DNA of 64,000 nucleotides from Verrucomicrobiota bacterium (lineage in GTDB: Bacteria; Verrucomicrobiota; Verrucomicrobiia; Limisphaerales; J093). The stretch lies in contig JAAYVR010000026.1 in NCBI GenBank assembly GCA_012517065.1, forward strand, positions 2,390-66,389. The letters run 5' to 3'. A program made the translations under genes and the position numbers. Shown here in pieces: positions 17,954 through 26,615 of this stretch; positions within the stretch are counted from its first letter, which is position 1, and every line of letters starts with the position of its first letter. The notes beneath the pieces are model-generated. The model made no database searches. It saw nothing but the letters and a program-made list of their open reading frames with translations, and was not told where the DNA came from.

Positions 17954-18192
17954 CAAACAAAGTGCCTGTCACCCTATTGCCGAGGCTGGCGCCGCAGCCA
18001 GCCACGAAGCTGCAGTTGGTTTGCGAGCTGGCTGATGGACAGCCGAAGGGGTCCGATGAGCAACAAAGTGCCTGTCACCCTATTGCCGAGGCTGGCGCTG
18101 CGGTCGGGCATGAAGCTGTAGTTGGTTTGCGAGCTGGCAGATGGACCGCCGCGGGAGCCTGATGAGCAACAAAGTGCCTGTCACCCTATTGC
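17954..18192 (+). repeat. tandem repeat, about 106-nt unit x 2.3
   Basis: Units start at 17954, 18061 and 18167, each beginning ca(a)acaaagtgcctgtcaccctattgc. The 80-nt remainders of units 1 and 2 are homologous to each other. Confidence 0.9.
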
Positions 18193-18440
18193 ATCATGAA
18201 AAACCCAGTGAGAGGGGCGTGCTCGAAAGGGCACAAAACTCTCAAACGGAACTCTGTGGGTAACCAATCCCACCCGGCAAAGGCTAACCACCAGCCGGAA
18301 GCGAGTTTTGCGTAGTTGTCAGCAATGGCAGCACGAAGCCGCCGACAGCCAGTGTCAAAGCCGTGTGATTGAGCCTCGAAATAAAGGTGTTGCTGGAGCC
18401 TTCGTTGTTAGAGTTGCGGGGGCGGCATCGAAGTCCCCAG

Positions 18441-18505
18441 CCCGGAAATCTCACCGCCTGACCAGACCAACAGACCGAGAGCTTCATTCCGGTGAGATTT
18501 CCGGG
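18441..18505. repeat. hairpin element, family E
   Basis: Perfect 16-nt arms cccggaaatctcaccg / cggtgagatttccggg with a 33-nt loop. Confidence 0.9.
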
Positions 18506-18738
18506 CTAGAAAGCCTGCGAACGGGGCCGCCCGAAGCCGGGGAGTAGGGAAGAGGCAGACACTGTTACGGAGCCGCCTTGAGGAAACACGATGGACACAC
18601 TGAGGTCCGGAGTCGTGTGAACGGAAAAACGGCGGATGGCAACTGCGGCGCGAAGCTGTAACTGGAAGAAGCGTGTGCGAGAAAACAGTTCGCACGGGTC
18701 TGTGGGGGAGCCGATGGAAAACCACCGGCTCTACCCGG

Positions 18739-19010
18739 ATCCGACTCACCCCCGAAGATCGTGCTGTTGTGAGCGCCTTACTTGCTGCCAAAGAAAGAGA
18801 TACAGAGAAACTGAGCAAACTCGCGGCGTGAAAATCTTCGCAAAGATGAGTGATTTTTCAATATAGCAATGCAGCCTGGCGCAGCCGGAGCCAAAGTTGC
18901 CCGATGGGCACTGATCCGGCGCCTGCGCACGCTGACCAGAGCCCTCTGCCACGCCGGGCTGCCAAATATCCGCTGCGACTCCGTCGCAGGCAAAACCACT
19001 CTGATCAAGC
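18739..19010 (+). repeat. composite repeat, 3' part of module D joined to module A
   Basis: Matches 26277-26415 and 34868-35000 (D, including the conserved 30-codon frame and AT-rich tail), then the A body gccggagccaaagttgcc ... ctgcgactccgtcgc. Confidence 0.85.
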
Positions 19011-19116
19011 CACGCACCGGACGTGTCACTGCCAGAGTATGTCCCAACCACATCTAACTCTTCCGCCCAAAGGCGGGACTCGAACAGCCCGGAGCGCGAA
19101 AACGTTGCTGTGATAG

Positions 19117-19413
19117 TCAGGGCTTTCAGCCCTTGGATTGTGGAAGGTGATGTCCAGATGGCCCTTGTCGTGGGGCTTCACCCCACGCTGGTATGGACCG
19201 CGCCCTTGGCGCTTCGATGACCGACCAAGACAACCGCGTTGTGCATGGCAGCGTAGTTGATTGTTTCAGCCATGAACGCCAATCACTGTGTTCGAGACCG
19301 TTGGTGTTCGTGGACCAATGACTCGAGGGCCGAAGGCCCCGCCCCATACCAGCCTGGGCCAGCGGCCCAGGTCAAAGGCGCCAGATCAGTATCAATAAGG
19401 GCTGAAAGCCCGT
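19117..19413. repeat. inverted pair of family J elements (gggctttcagccc type) flanking about 100 bp
   Basis: The left copy (19117-19218) and the reverse complement of 19325-19413 align: gggctttcagccctt ... ctggtatgg ... ccttnggc. Confidence 0.75.
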
Positions 19414-19429
19414 ATTATGCACGTTTACC

Positions 19430-19618
19430 GACGAATCACTGTTCGAGAACGTTCGACGTTCAACGTACAACGCTCAACGTACAACGTTCAGAGGTGTTAC
19501 TGCTCGACGAATGTTCGTTTCAAGGCCGCCTAAAGGCGGGACTCTAACGGCCGCGGGCACGGCAACGCCAAATGCCTGGAAATAACCCGCCGCCGTTAGA
19601 GTTCCGCGTTTAAGCGGA
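19430..19618 (+). repeat. composite repeat, modules G + F
   Basis: G carries tcaacgtacaacgctcaacgtacaacgttcagaggtgttactgctcgacgaatg. F is a nested stem-loop (ccgcctaaaggcgg, gactctaacgg ... ccgttagagtt, ccgcgtttaagcgg). Confidence 0.85.
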
Positions 19619-19639
19619 AACGAGAAGACTGTCTGTCAC

Positions 19640-19890
19640 AGCTCCGGCGCGCCAGGGACGGCGCGCCCTACCGTGGATGAAATCTTGCGCAAGGCATGGC
19701 GGGCGCTCCGCACACACAACAAACAACGTGTCTGTCCCCATATGGTCTCATTGGATCGCGCCGCTGATCCCGATGGTTTTTCACGCGCTGCCGCACATGC
19801 AGTGCGCGTTGGTAAACGCGAAGCGCTTGGAGTGCGGCAGCTTGCTGCCGCTTTGTTTTTGTGCGCAAACAACGTGCCTGCGCCCGTTGC
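19640..19890 (+). repeat. composite repeat, modules K-C-B-C'
   Basis: Same module sequences as at 17736-17980, in a different order. Abuts the 3' end of the EamA-like gene. Confidence 0.85.
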
Positions 19891-19931
19891 TGAGCGCTGC
19901 GCTTTCAAGCGTCGCACGTTGAAAGCTCCTT

Positions 19932-20363
19932 TCACTTGGCCGGCGTGGACTCCGAGCTGGGCGCGCTGGGTGGAAGCGCACTTTTTTGGTGCTCGGTCCA
20001 TGAAACAACCGCAGCGCCAAGCACGATGAGCAGCACGCCGCACCATCGCATGGCGGAAACCTGTTCGTGCAGAAGAAACCGTGCGGCCAAGGTCGTGAGG
20101 ACGAACCCTAACGACGTGAGGGGCCAGATAAAACTGACGTCGCTGCGCGACATCAGGTACAAAAGCCCGGCAAAAAAGAGCGCCTCGAAAAACACGCCCA
20201 ACAGAAAATTGCCGTTTGTCAGGCCCTGCCTTGCAACCCTCATGATCTCGGCGCCTGAGACTCTCTCGACGTTTCCGATTTGGTGAAGCCCTTTGCTCAA
20301 CAGGACGACGCCCGTGGCTTCGAGCACGAGGGCAACGAGCAATATGACAAGGAGTTTGGCCAT
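19932..20363 (-). CDS. small EamA/SMR-like membrane protein (ArnE/ArnF-like, 4 TM)
   Basis: 143 aa, four hydrophobic helices. Starts 1 nt after the YdjC-like stop. Confidence 0.7.
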   Translation of the reverse strand: MAKLLVILLVALVLEATGVVLLSKGLHQIGNVERVSGAEIMRVARQGLTNGNFLLGVFFEALFFAGLLYLMSRSDVSFIWPLTSLGFVLTTLAARFLLHEQVSAMRWCGVLLIVLGAAVVSWTEHQKSALPPSAPSSESTPAK

Positions 20364-20364
20364 C

Positions 20365-21198
20365 TCAGAGTTCTGAATAACGGATTAATCTGATGTTCAA
20401 CTGCCGCACCAGCTCGCGAACACGGCCGCTCACCAGCGCTTCGAGTTCGGCACGAGACTGATCGAGGGACGGATGCGAGTAAAGCTCGTAGTCGCCCGCC
20501 GACAGCCTTGGCATGAGACGCAAGATGTAGTCTTCATCGACGCGCCCGTTCTGAAGGAGGCCGAACACAGCATCTGTATGTCGGATGCCGGCTTTTCGAA
20601 GGCGTGGCCGTGCCCAGGCAGACAGGCAGGCAAAGATGATCGCATGACTGCTTCGGTAGAAGTACCGGCCGCGCGCGATTTGGTAATTGAGCCAAAAAAA
20701 GTCCCTTGTGAGGCGAATCGGCACCGGGCGCGGCATGGTGATGAAAGGGTACAACAGGGCTGTCACTGTCGGGTGAAGGTGGATGTTAAGGTGGCCGTTT
20801 ACATGATCCAATGGCAGGCCTGTTTCTTTGAAGCGATTGAACTGGGCTGCGATCTCGCCTGCCAACTGGTTGCGCAGTGTTCGGTTGAAAAAGTATCGCA
20901 GCCCTGTGCGCACCGGGTTGTCGCTGAATCTGCCCCGGTTGTCCACAAGGGTGGGTATCTCGTGCGGGGGCAAACAGGAGCGACCGCAGAGAAGCGTCAG
21001 GTGAAGGCCAACGCCCAGACCCGGGTTTGCTTTGGCGATTGCGACTGCTTCGTCGAAAGCGTCGCCTGTGACCATCAGACTGGCAGTTGTCAGAATGCCC
21101 TGCTGGTGCGCCATGGCTATGGCATGGTTTGCGGCCGAAGACTTGCCGAAGTCATCAGCGTTGACCACGAGGCGGATGCGCCGGTCACAGGAAACCAT
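20365..21198 (-). CDS. YdjC/ChbG/HpnK-family carbohydrate deacetylase
   Basis: RLVVNADDFGKSSAANHAIAMAHQQGILTTASLMV and GVGLHLTL motifs. Internal ATG at 21198 is preferred (the longer ORF overlaps the synthase by 110 nt). Confidence 0.85.
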   Translation of the reverse strand: MVSCDRRIRLVVNADDFGKSSAANHAIAMAHQQGILTTASLMVTGDAFDEAVAIAKANPGLGVGLHLTLLCGRSCLPPHEIPTLVDNRGRFSDNPVRTGLRYFFNRTLRNQLAGEIAAQFNRFKETGLPLDHVNGHLNIHLHPTVTALLYPFITMPRPVPIRLTRDFFWLNYQIARGRYFYRSSHAIIFACLSAWARPRLRKAGIRHTDAVFGLLQNGRVDEDYILRLMPRLSAGDYELYSHPSLDQSRAELEALVSGRVRELVRQLNIRLIRYSEL

Positions 21199-22060
21199 AG
21201 TTTGGCAGGGAGGAACATGTCCGAATCCGCCACCACGTCCGCAACACCAGATACAACTTCTCGGACTTGGGAAGGCGGGGACACTCAGGACCAAAGCAAT
21301 TGAAACCTGAGCGTTCCATCTTCAGCAGGAGACGCCAATAGACAGCTCCCATGAGCTCGGCTGCGATCATCGAAGGACGGTCTGTCGGCGGAAGGCAATC
21401 GTTTGCCTTGCGGTAAAACTCACGGGCGCGCCGGGCTGTTTCGGCGGCCAGCGAACGAAAACGGCCTGTGTACTTGTGATCGAGAATCTCCTCGGGCGCG
21501 ACATCGAACCGGCGCAGACATTCGTTGGGGAAATAAATGCGGCCCCGGTCGGCGTCGATTCGCACGTCTCTGAGGATGTTTGTGAGCTGGAGGGCCTTGC
21601 CCAGAAACACCGCGTATTCTTTGCAGACCGTATTCTGATAGCCAAAAATCTCGATGCTCAGCAGTCCAACAACCGATGCCACTCTGTAACAATACAACTC
21701 GAGGTCTTGCTGGGTTTCGTACCGCTGCTGATCAAGGTCCATGCCGACACCGTTGAGCAGTTCATCGAAAAGCTCCTTCGGGAGTGCGAACTGGCGGACA
21801 ACGCGCTGTAGCTCGCGATTGACCGCGAAACGCGGTTCGCCGCCGGAGTAGAGCGTTGCGATGTCATCGCGCCACGCGGCCAAGGCTTTCTTTCTTTCCT
21901 CGACGGGCTGGTTTGTCTCGTCGGCGATGTCGTCCACCTGGCGGCAGAAGGCGTACAAGGCCGCCATCGCAGCTCGTTTGGCCGGGGGCAACAGAATAAA
22001 ACCCAAAGCGAGATTGGATTCGCTCCGGCGCGTAATGGTTTGGCTGACGGACCCGCTCAA
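21185..22060 (-). CDS. squalene/phytoene synthase family protein (HpnD/HpnC-like)
   Basis: 291 aa. Asp-rich motifs FCRQVDDIADE and NILRDVRIDADRGRIYFP, plus YCYRVASVVG. TTG start overlaps the upstream stop (TTGA). Confidence 0.85.
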   Translation of the reverse strand: MSGSVSQTITRRSESNLALGFILLPPAKRAAMAALYAFCRQVDDIADETNQPVEERKKALAAWRDDIATLYSGGEPRFAVNRELQRVVRQFALPKELFDELLNGVGMDLDQQRYETQQDLELYCYRVASVVGLLSIEIFGYQNTVCKEYAVFLGKALQLTNILRDVRIDADRGRIYFPNECLRRFDVAPEEILDHKYTGRFRSLAAETARRAREFYRKANDCLPPTDRPSMIAAELMGAVYWRLLLKMERSGFNCFGPECPRLPKSEKLYLVLRTWWRIRTCSSLPNYGFL

Positions 22061-22419
22061 AGTGACGGAGGCAGTTCGTCCGTTTGCCGCGGCGGAGGCA
22101 GTCCGCCCGTTTCGGCAAGAGTAGGGTTGCGCGGTCGGTGTTCTCGCCGGTGGCGCCGCCGATGATGACGGTGTTTGTGCTCAGAGGACTCGGGCGTGTC
22201 TGTCTCCACAAGAACGTGTGAGGCAACTCTGAGATCGGCGTGCTTGCGGGAACGACGCCGGAAAAACCGCGCCCACAGCAGCAAGATCACAAGCAGCACC
22301 AGCGCGATCCCGATCAATACCGGCACATCCTGCAAAAACGCCGGAAGACGGAATCCTCCTGGCCCGCCTGATGGTGCAACAGGCAACTGGTCAAGCGACG
22401 ATTGTGCCAAGAGTTTCAT
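22057..22419 (-). CDS. small single-pass membrane protein with His/Arg-rich tail (hypothetical)
   Basis: 120 aa. One TM (VPVLIGIALVLLVILLLWARFF) and the tail HKHRHHRRRHRREHRPR. Coupled to the flanking genes at both ends (ATGA upstream, TTGA downstream), which argues for translation. Confidence 0.55.
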   Translation of the reverse strand: MKLLAQSSLDQLPVAPSGGPGGFRLPAFLQDVPVLIGIALVLLVILLLWARFFRRRSRKHADLRVASHVLVETDTPESSEHKHRHHRRRHRREHRPRNPTLAETGGLPPPRQTDELPPSL

Positions 22420-23843
22420 GACGACGACCTTCGGGTTGCCGCACCGGGCTCGTCTTCAGACAAATCCTTCATGCTGATCCCCAGACTGACCATGCGGTAC
22501 CGGAGTTGGTTGCGACTGATATTGAGGTATTCAGACGTTCTGGCAAGATTGTTGTTGTTTTCGCGAAGCGCAGCAAGGATCAGTTCACGCTGGTACCGAT
22601 CCACCATTTCATCCAATGAAAGCCGTCCCGGGCCGGGTATGGTGGGCCCTTTATGGAGCCGGTTTTCTACAATGAAGTCAGGGAGGTTTTCGGGCTGGAT
22701 GGTGTTCGAGGTCTCGAGGATTACGGCACGTTCAATGACATTCCGCAGTTCGCGCACGTTGCCCGGCCAGTGATGAGCCAGCAACTTGCGTTGCGCGGCG
22801 GGACTGATTCCGGTGATGTGCTTGTTCATTGAGGTCGAGTAGAGCGCGAGGAAATGTTCTGCGAGCAACAGCACGTCGTTGCCGCGCTCACGCAGTGGCG
22901 GGGGTTGAAACTGCACAACGTTCAACCGGTGGAAAAGGTCCTCTCGAAACTGGTCGTTTCGAATTGCCTGGACGATATCCCGGTTTGTGGCTGCTATGAG
23001 CCGCACGTCAACGCGCAGTTCCTGGTTTCCGCCCACCCGGGTGAATGTGCCGTCCTCCAGAAACCTCAGCAGCTTGGCCTGCAACGGCCGGCTCATGTCG
23101 CCAATCTCGTCAAGGAATATCGTCCCCCCATCGGCCTCTTCAACGCGCCCGATTTTCTGCCGCAGCGCGCCTGTGAACGCGCCTTTTTCGTGGCCGAACA
23201 ATTCGCTCTCGAGCAACGTGTCCGGGATAGCAGCACAATTGATCCGCACGTATGGCCGCTCACGCCGATGACTCAGCGTGTGCAGAGCGCCTGCAATCAG
23301 CTCTTTGCCGGTCCCGCTCTCGCCCAAAATAAGAACAGTCGCATTCGTTGGCGCCACGGTCTGGATCAATTGCCTCAAAGACCGCATTTTGGGTGATTCG
23401 CCGATTATCTGTTCGAGACCGTAGTTTTCTCCAGCCTTGGCTCTGAGGGCGGCGATTTCCTGTCTCTGCTGGTACTCACGTGCGCAGCGCTGGACTGCGT
23501 GGACGAGCTCTTCCGGAGCAAACGGTTTGGCCAGATAATCCTCGGCACCGGCCTTGATGGCTTCGACGGCGAGTTTCGGGGTGGCATAAGCGGTGATGAC
23601 CAAAACCGGCAGGTTCTGACGCCGGCTTTTGATTTCCTTCAGCAGATCGTATCCGCTCATTCCGCCGAGCCGCGCGTCCGTTATCACAAGAAAAAACTCT
23701 TCCTGGTTCAGAAGCTGGAGCGCTTGTTCTGCCGACTCGGCGGCTTCGACCTCGAAACCCTCGCCTTCCATGATCGTGCGCAGCGACGCGCGCATATTGC
23801 GCTCGTCGTCAACGATCAACAACGGTGGCAAAGGCCTTTTCAT
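22416..23843 (-). CDS. sigma-54-dependent response regulator (NtrC family)
   Basis: 475 aa. Receiver domain (LLIVDDERNMR), AAA+ (GESGTGKE, GAFTGA) and C-terminal Fis-type HTH. Confidence 0.95.
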   Translation of the reverse strand: MKRPLPPLLIVDDERNMRASLRTIMEGEGFEVEAAESAEQALQLLNQEEFFLVITDARLGGMSGYDLLKEIKSRRQNLPVLVITAYATPKLAVEAIKAGAEDYLAKPFAPEELVHAVQRCAREYQQRQEIAALRAKAGENYGLEQIIGESPKMRSLRQLIQTVAPTNATVLILGESGTGKELIAGALHTLSHRRERPYVRINCAAIPDTLLESELFGHEKGAFTGALRQKIGRVEEADGGTIFLDEIGDMSRPLQAKLLRFLEDGTFTRVGGNQELRVDVRLIAATNRDIVQAIRNDQFREDLFHRLNVVQFQPPPLRERGNDVLLLAEHFLALYSTSMNKHITGISPAAQRKLLAHHWPGNVRELRNVIERAVILETSNTIQPENLPDFIVENRLHKGPTIPGPGRLSLDEMVDRYQRELILAALRENNNNLARTSEYLNISRNQLRYRMVSLGISMKDLSEDEPGAATRRSSS

Positions 23844-25267
23844 TTTCGGATCGTCAACAGTGTCCTGGCGGGAAAGATTATTGTGAATCGCGATCCTTTT
23901 CCAAGCTCGGATTCGACATTGATTGTTCCGCCATAAGTCTCGACGTTGTGTTTGACTATTGACAAGCCCAGCCCGGTACCCTTTTCCCGCGTCGTAAAAT
24001 AGGGCTGAAATATCTTTTCGATGTTTTCCGGGGGAATCCCGGGACCGTCATCTGCTATGCTGATTTCCACGGACCGGTTTGGTCCATGGGCAATCCTAAC
24101 CCAGACATTGCCGCGGCCGTTCATCGCCTCTCGCGCGTTCTGGAGAACGTTCGCAAAAGCTTCCTGGATGTTGTTCCGATGCGCCAGCAGCGGCGGAATC
24201 CCAAGGGCATAGTCCCGGTGAATCTGGACCTCGTACTTGACCGCAGGCGGAAAAACGTTCCTGATCGCCCTGTCAAGTTCTTCCTGGAGATCGACCGCCT
24301 CGACGAGCCCCTCGTTGAGTTTGGCATAACCCATCAGATCGGTTATGAGCCGGTCCGATTTTTCGACTTCTTCGCGAATGATCTGTATTTGCTGGGTTAT
24401 GGTTTTACCTTCCCGGACGGTCTTTTGCAGTGTGTACGAAGCGTTGTTGATGACCGCAAGCGGGTTTTTCAACTGATGCGCGATTTCAGCGGCGAGCCTC
24501 GCAGCGGCTTCGAGTTGCTGGCGCCGCAGTTCAAGTTCGGCTTTCAAAGCCGACTCTCTCTGCTGTTTCTCGAGCAGAATCTGCAAGCCGCGGCACCATG
24601 CAGCCAAGCCAACCAACAGAGCCAGCCTGATCCACATCGTTGTGCCCATCTGGCGGATGTCATCCGAAGTAATCACCGGCCCCTCGAACTCGGTGCCGGG
24701 CGGGGTCGCATCAAGCTTGGTGATGGCGATGTCGGTCAATACGCCCGCCAAATAGAACAGCACCATCGAAACATTGAGAACATACTGTGGCAGAGCGGTG
24801 TTCATGCTGGCGCAATTGCGGATGATCAGCAGCACGTACAGCACATAAAGCGGGCTTTGCAACCCGCCGGTCATCGCAACCAAACCCGCAAGAAACAGCC
24901 CGTCCACCAAAGCAATAATGAAAACCGTCCACGGCACCACCGGGAATGAAACCTGCGCTATCCCCAAAAACACGAATGCAGCGCCAATGTTGAACGCAAG
25001 GTAAACCAGAAAAGCATGCTGCAAAACCCGCTGCGCAAAAACCCACGTCGGATTCTCAGGGACAAGGTTTGGGTTGAGCGAATAATCCGGCGCCCACTTG
25101 CTCCAGTAAAGGAAGTAGAAAAGGATCACCAACACAAGGCCCTTGACGACAAGCCCCACATCGCGCTCGACAAGGACGATCCTGCGCTCCATTTGAGCGG
25201 GTTCGGACGAGACGAGCGCCCGCAAATCTCCCACCGACCGCACAGGTTGTGTCCGGGCTTGGTGCAT
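23840..25267 (-). CDS. sensor histidine kinase with polytopic N-terminal membrane domain
   Basis: 475 aa. About 6-7 TM, H-box EIAHQLKNPLAVI, N/G boxes (DDGPGIPPE, GTGLGLSIV). ATGA overlap with the regulator. Confidence 0.9.
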   Translation of the reverse strand: MHQARTQPVRSVGDLRALVSSEPAQMERRIVLVERDVGLVVKGLVLVILFYFLYWSKWAPDYSLNPNLVPENPTWVFAQRVLQHAFLVYLAFNIGAAFVFLGIAQVSFPVVPWTVFIIALVDGLFLAGLVAMTGGLQSPLYVLYVLLIIRNCASMNTALPQYVLNVSMVLFYLAGVLTDIAITKLDATPPGTEFEGPVITSDDIRQMGTTMWIRLALLVGLAAWCRGLQILLEKQQRESALKAELELRRQQLEAAARLAAEIAHQLKNPLAVINNASYTLQKTVREGKTITQQIQIIREEVEKSDRLITDLMGYAKLNEGLVEAVDLQEELDRAIRNVFPPAVKYEVQIHRDYALGIPPLLAHRNNIQEAFANVLQNAREAMNGRGNVWVRIAHGPNRSVEISIADDGPGIPPENIEKIFQPYFTTREKGTGLGLSIVKHNVETYGGTINVESELGKGSRFTIIFPARTLLTIRK

Positions 25268-25277
25268 CCTTGCTCAA

Positions 25278-25844
25278 CTACACACTCTTTGCCGGCAATG
25301 CCAGCAGCTCGAGAGCTCTCGCTGCAATCTTGTTCACGTCATACAGTCTCCCAACACCTTCGTATCCGCAAGCCAGAGCACCCGCCTCCGGACCAATAAA
25401 CTCCACCCCCCGCTGTTGCAGTGTGGCAACGTTCTGTTGTGTGGCCGGGTGCAACCACATCTTGCCGTTCATGGCCGGCGCCACGAGGACCCGTGCCTGC
25501 GGATTGAGCGCAAGCGCAATGCAACTCAACGCGTCATTTGCAAGGCCGACCGCCATTTTGGCTATGAAGTTTGCCGTTGCCGGCGCCACAAGAAACAACC
25601 GCGCCTCATCTGCCAGTTTGATGTGCGCCGGCTGCCAGTCATCCACATCGTCGTACAGGTCGGTGATCACCTCGTTCCTTGATAATACCTTGAAGGGCAA
25701 TGGATTAACAAATTTCTGCGCGTCTGCGGTCATCACCACCCGCACATCCGCTCCGGCTTTTGTGAGCGTGCTGGCAAGATCGATTGCGCGATGCGCAGCG
25801 ATTGAACCGGTGACGCCCAGTATGACACATTTTGAATCTTGCAT
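25278..25844 (-). CDS. coaC: flavoprotein, phosphopantothenoylcysteine decarboxylase-type (stand-alone CoaC domain)
   Basis: ILGVTGSIAA, APAMNGKMWLHPATQ and GALACGYEGVGRL motifs. ATG at 25844 is preceded by AGGAAA. Confidence 0.8.
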   Translation of the reverse strand: MQDSKCVILGVTGSIAAHRAIDLASTLTKAGADVRVVMTADAQKFVNPLPFKVLSRNEVITDLYDDVDDWQPAHIKLADEARLFLVAPATANFIAKMAVGLANDALSCIALALNPQARVLVAPAMNGKMWLHPATQQNVATLQQRGVEFIGPEAGALACGYEGVGRLYDVNKIAARALELLALPAKSV

Positions 25845-25912
25845 CGGTTTTCCTGACATTCCATACACGATCACGATGATAAAATCCAGTGCGTAGCCCA
25901 CTTATTCCTGGT

Positions 25913-26500
25913 CGATATGGGGACAGACACGTAGTTTGCGCATCCCCAGCCGGTCAACGTTCAGGCGTCCGCTCTGTGGGATCGAAACCGATCGTACAAT
26001 CCGGGGTCAGATTGATGCGGCCGAGGACGACGCCGCGCCTTGCCGTTCATGAAACCGTGCACGGGTCAGGGCGGGCGCTCGGCGCACACCACAAACAAAG
26101 TGCCTGTCCCCATATCGGCATCCCCACAAACAATGTGCCTGTCCCCATATCGGCACCCATATCGTCAGCCGAGGGGTTCCTCCACAGACTTCAGCAGCCG
26201 CCGATTGGAACAAGGGGCAATCGGCTCGCCATGCCACGATCCTGGAGCAAAACCCAAACAAGGAGCCTGTCACTCTATCCGACTCACCCCCAAAGGCCGT
26301 GCTGTTGTAACCGCCTTATTGGCGGCCAGAGAAGCAGATACGGAGAAACTGACCAAACTGGCAGTCTGAAAATCTTCGCGAATATGAATGACTTTTCAAT
26401 ATGACAATGCAGCCCGACGTAGCCGACAGCCCTCATCAGACGACGTGGGAGCTTGGTCCACTCCCCGTCAGGCAACTTTGGTTCCGGCTATGCCGGGCTA
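25913..26500. repeat. composite repeat field: C (inverted), K, C, C, D, rearranged A
   Basis: 25913-25938 is the only inverted C motif. K-like at 26040-26090, C at 26092-26118 and 26127-26153, D at 26160-26415, A-derived sequence to about 26500. Confidence 0.85.
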
Positions 26501-26615
26501 CGAAGCATCCAAGACAAGGACCTCGGTAGAATTGGCTTGTTGTCTGCGAATGATGGCTTCATCATGCTTTGGACGTCCACGCGTAAGAAACGCTGCCGGA
26601 CGCGGCATTTTTGAA

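Noticed and set aside
17695-18162. ORFs of 60-240 aa inside repeat fields (17586..18005, 19636..20046, 26040..26369, 34402..34884, 41959..42678, 51712..52089 and others)
   Set aside because: They are translations of modules A/B/C/K/D (recurrent peptides MPCDSV..., ...KRLECGSLLPLC..., ...NNVPVPI...). Frames differ between copies and there are no start or SD signals.
17954-18192. CRISPR-like appearance (a 26-nt repeat recurring every about 106 nt)
   Set aside because: The intervening 80-nt segments are homologous to each other, so this is a tandem repeat rather than unique spacers. There are only 2.3 units and no cas genes in the window.
18506-18738. Unique GC-rich stretch inside the repeat hub, inspected for RNase P, SRP, tmRNA or 6S RNA
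   Set aside because: None of the conserved strings I know (GGAAAGTCCGG / ACAGAACCCGGCTTA for RNase P, the SRP GGAA tetraloop helix context, the tmRNA 5'/3' ends) is present. No support for an ncRNA call.
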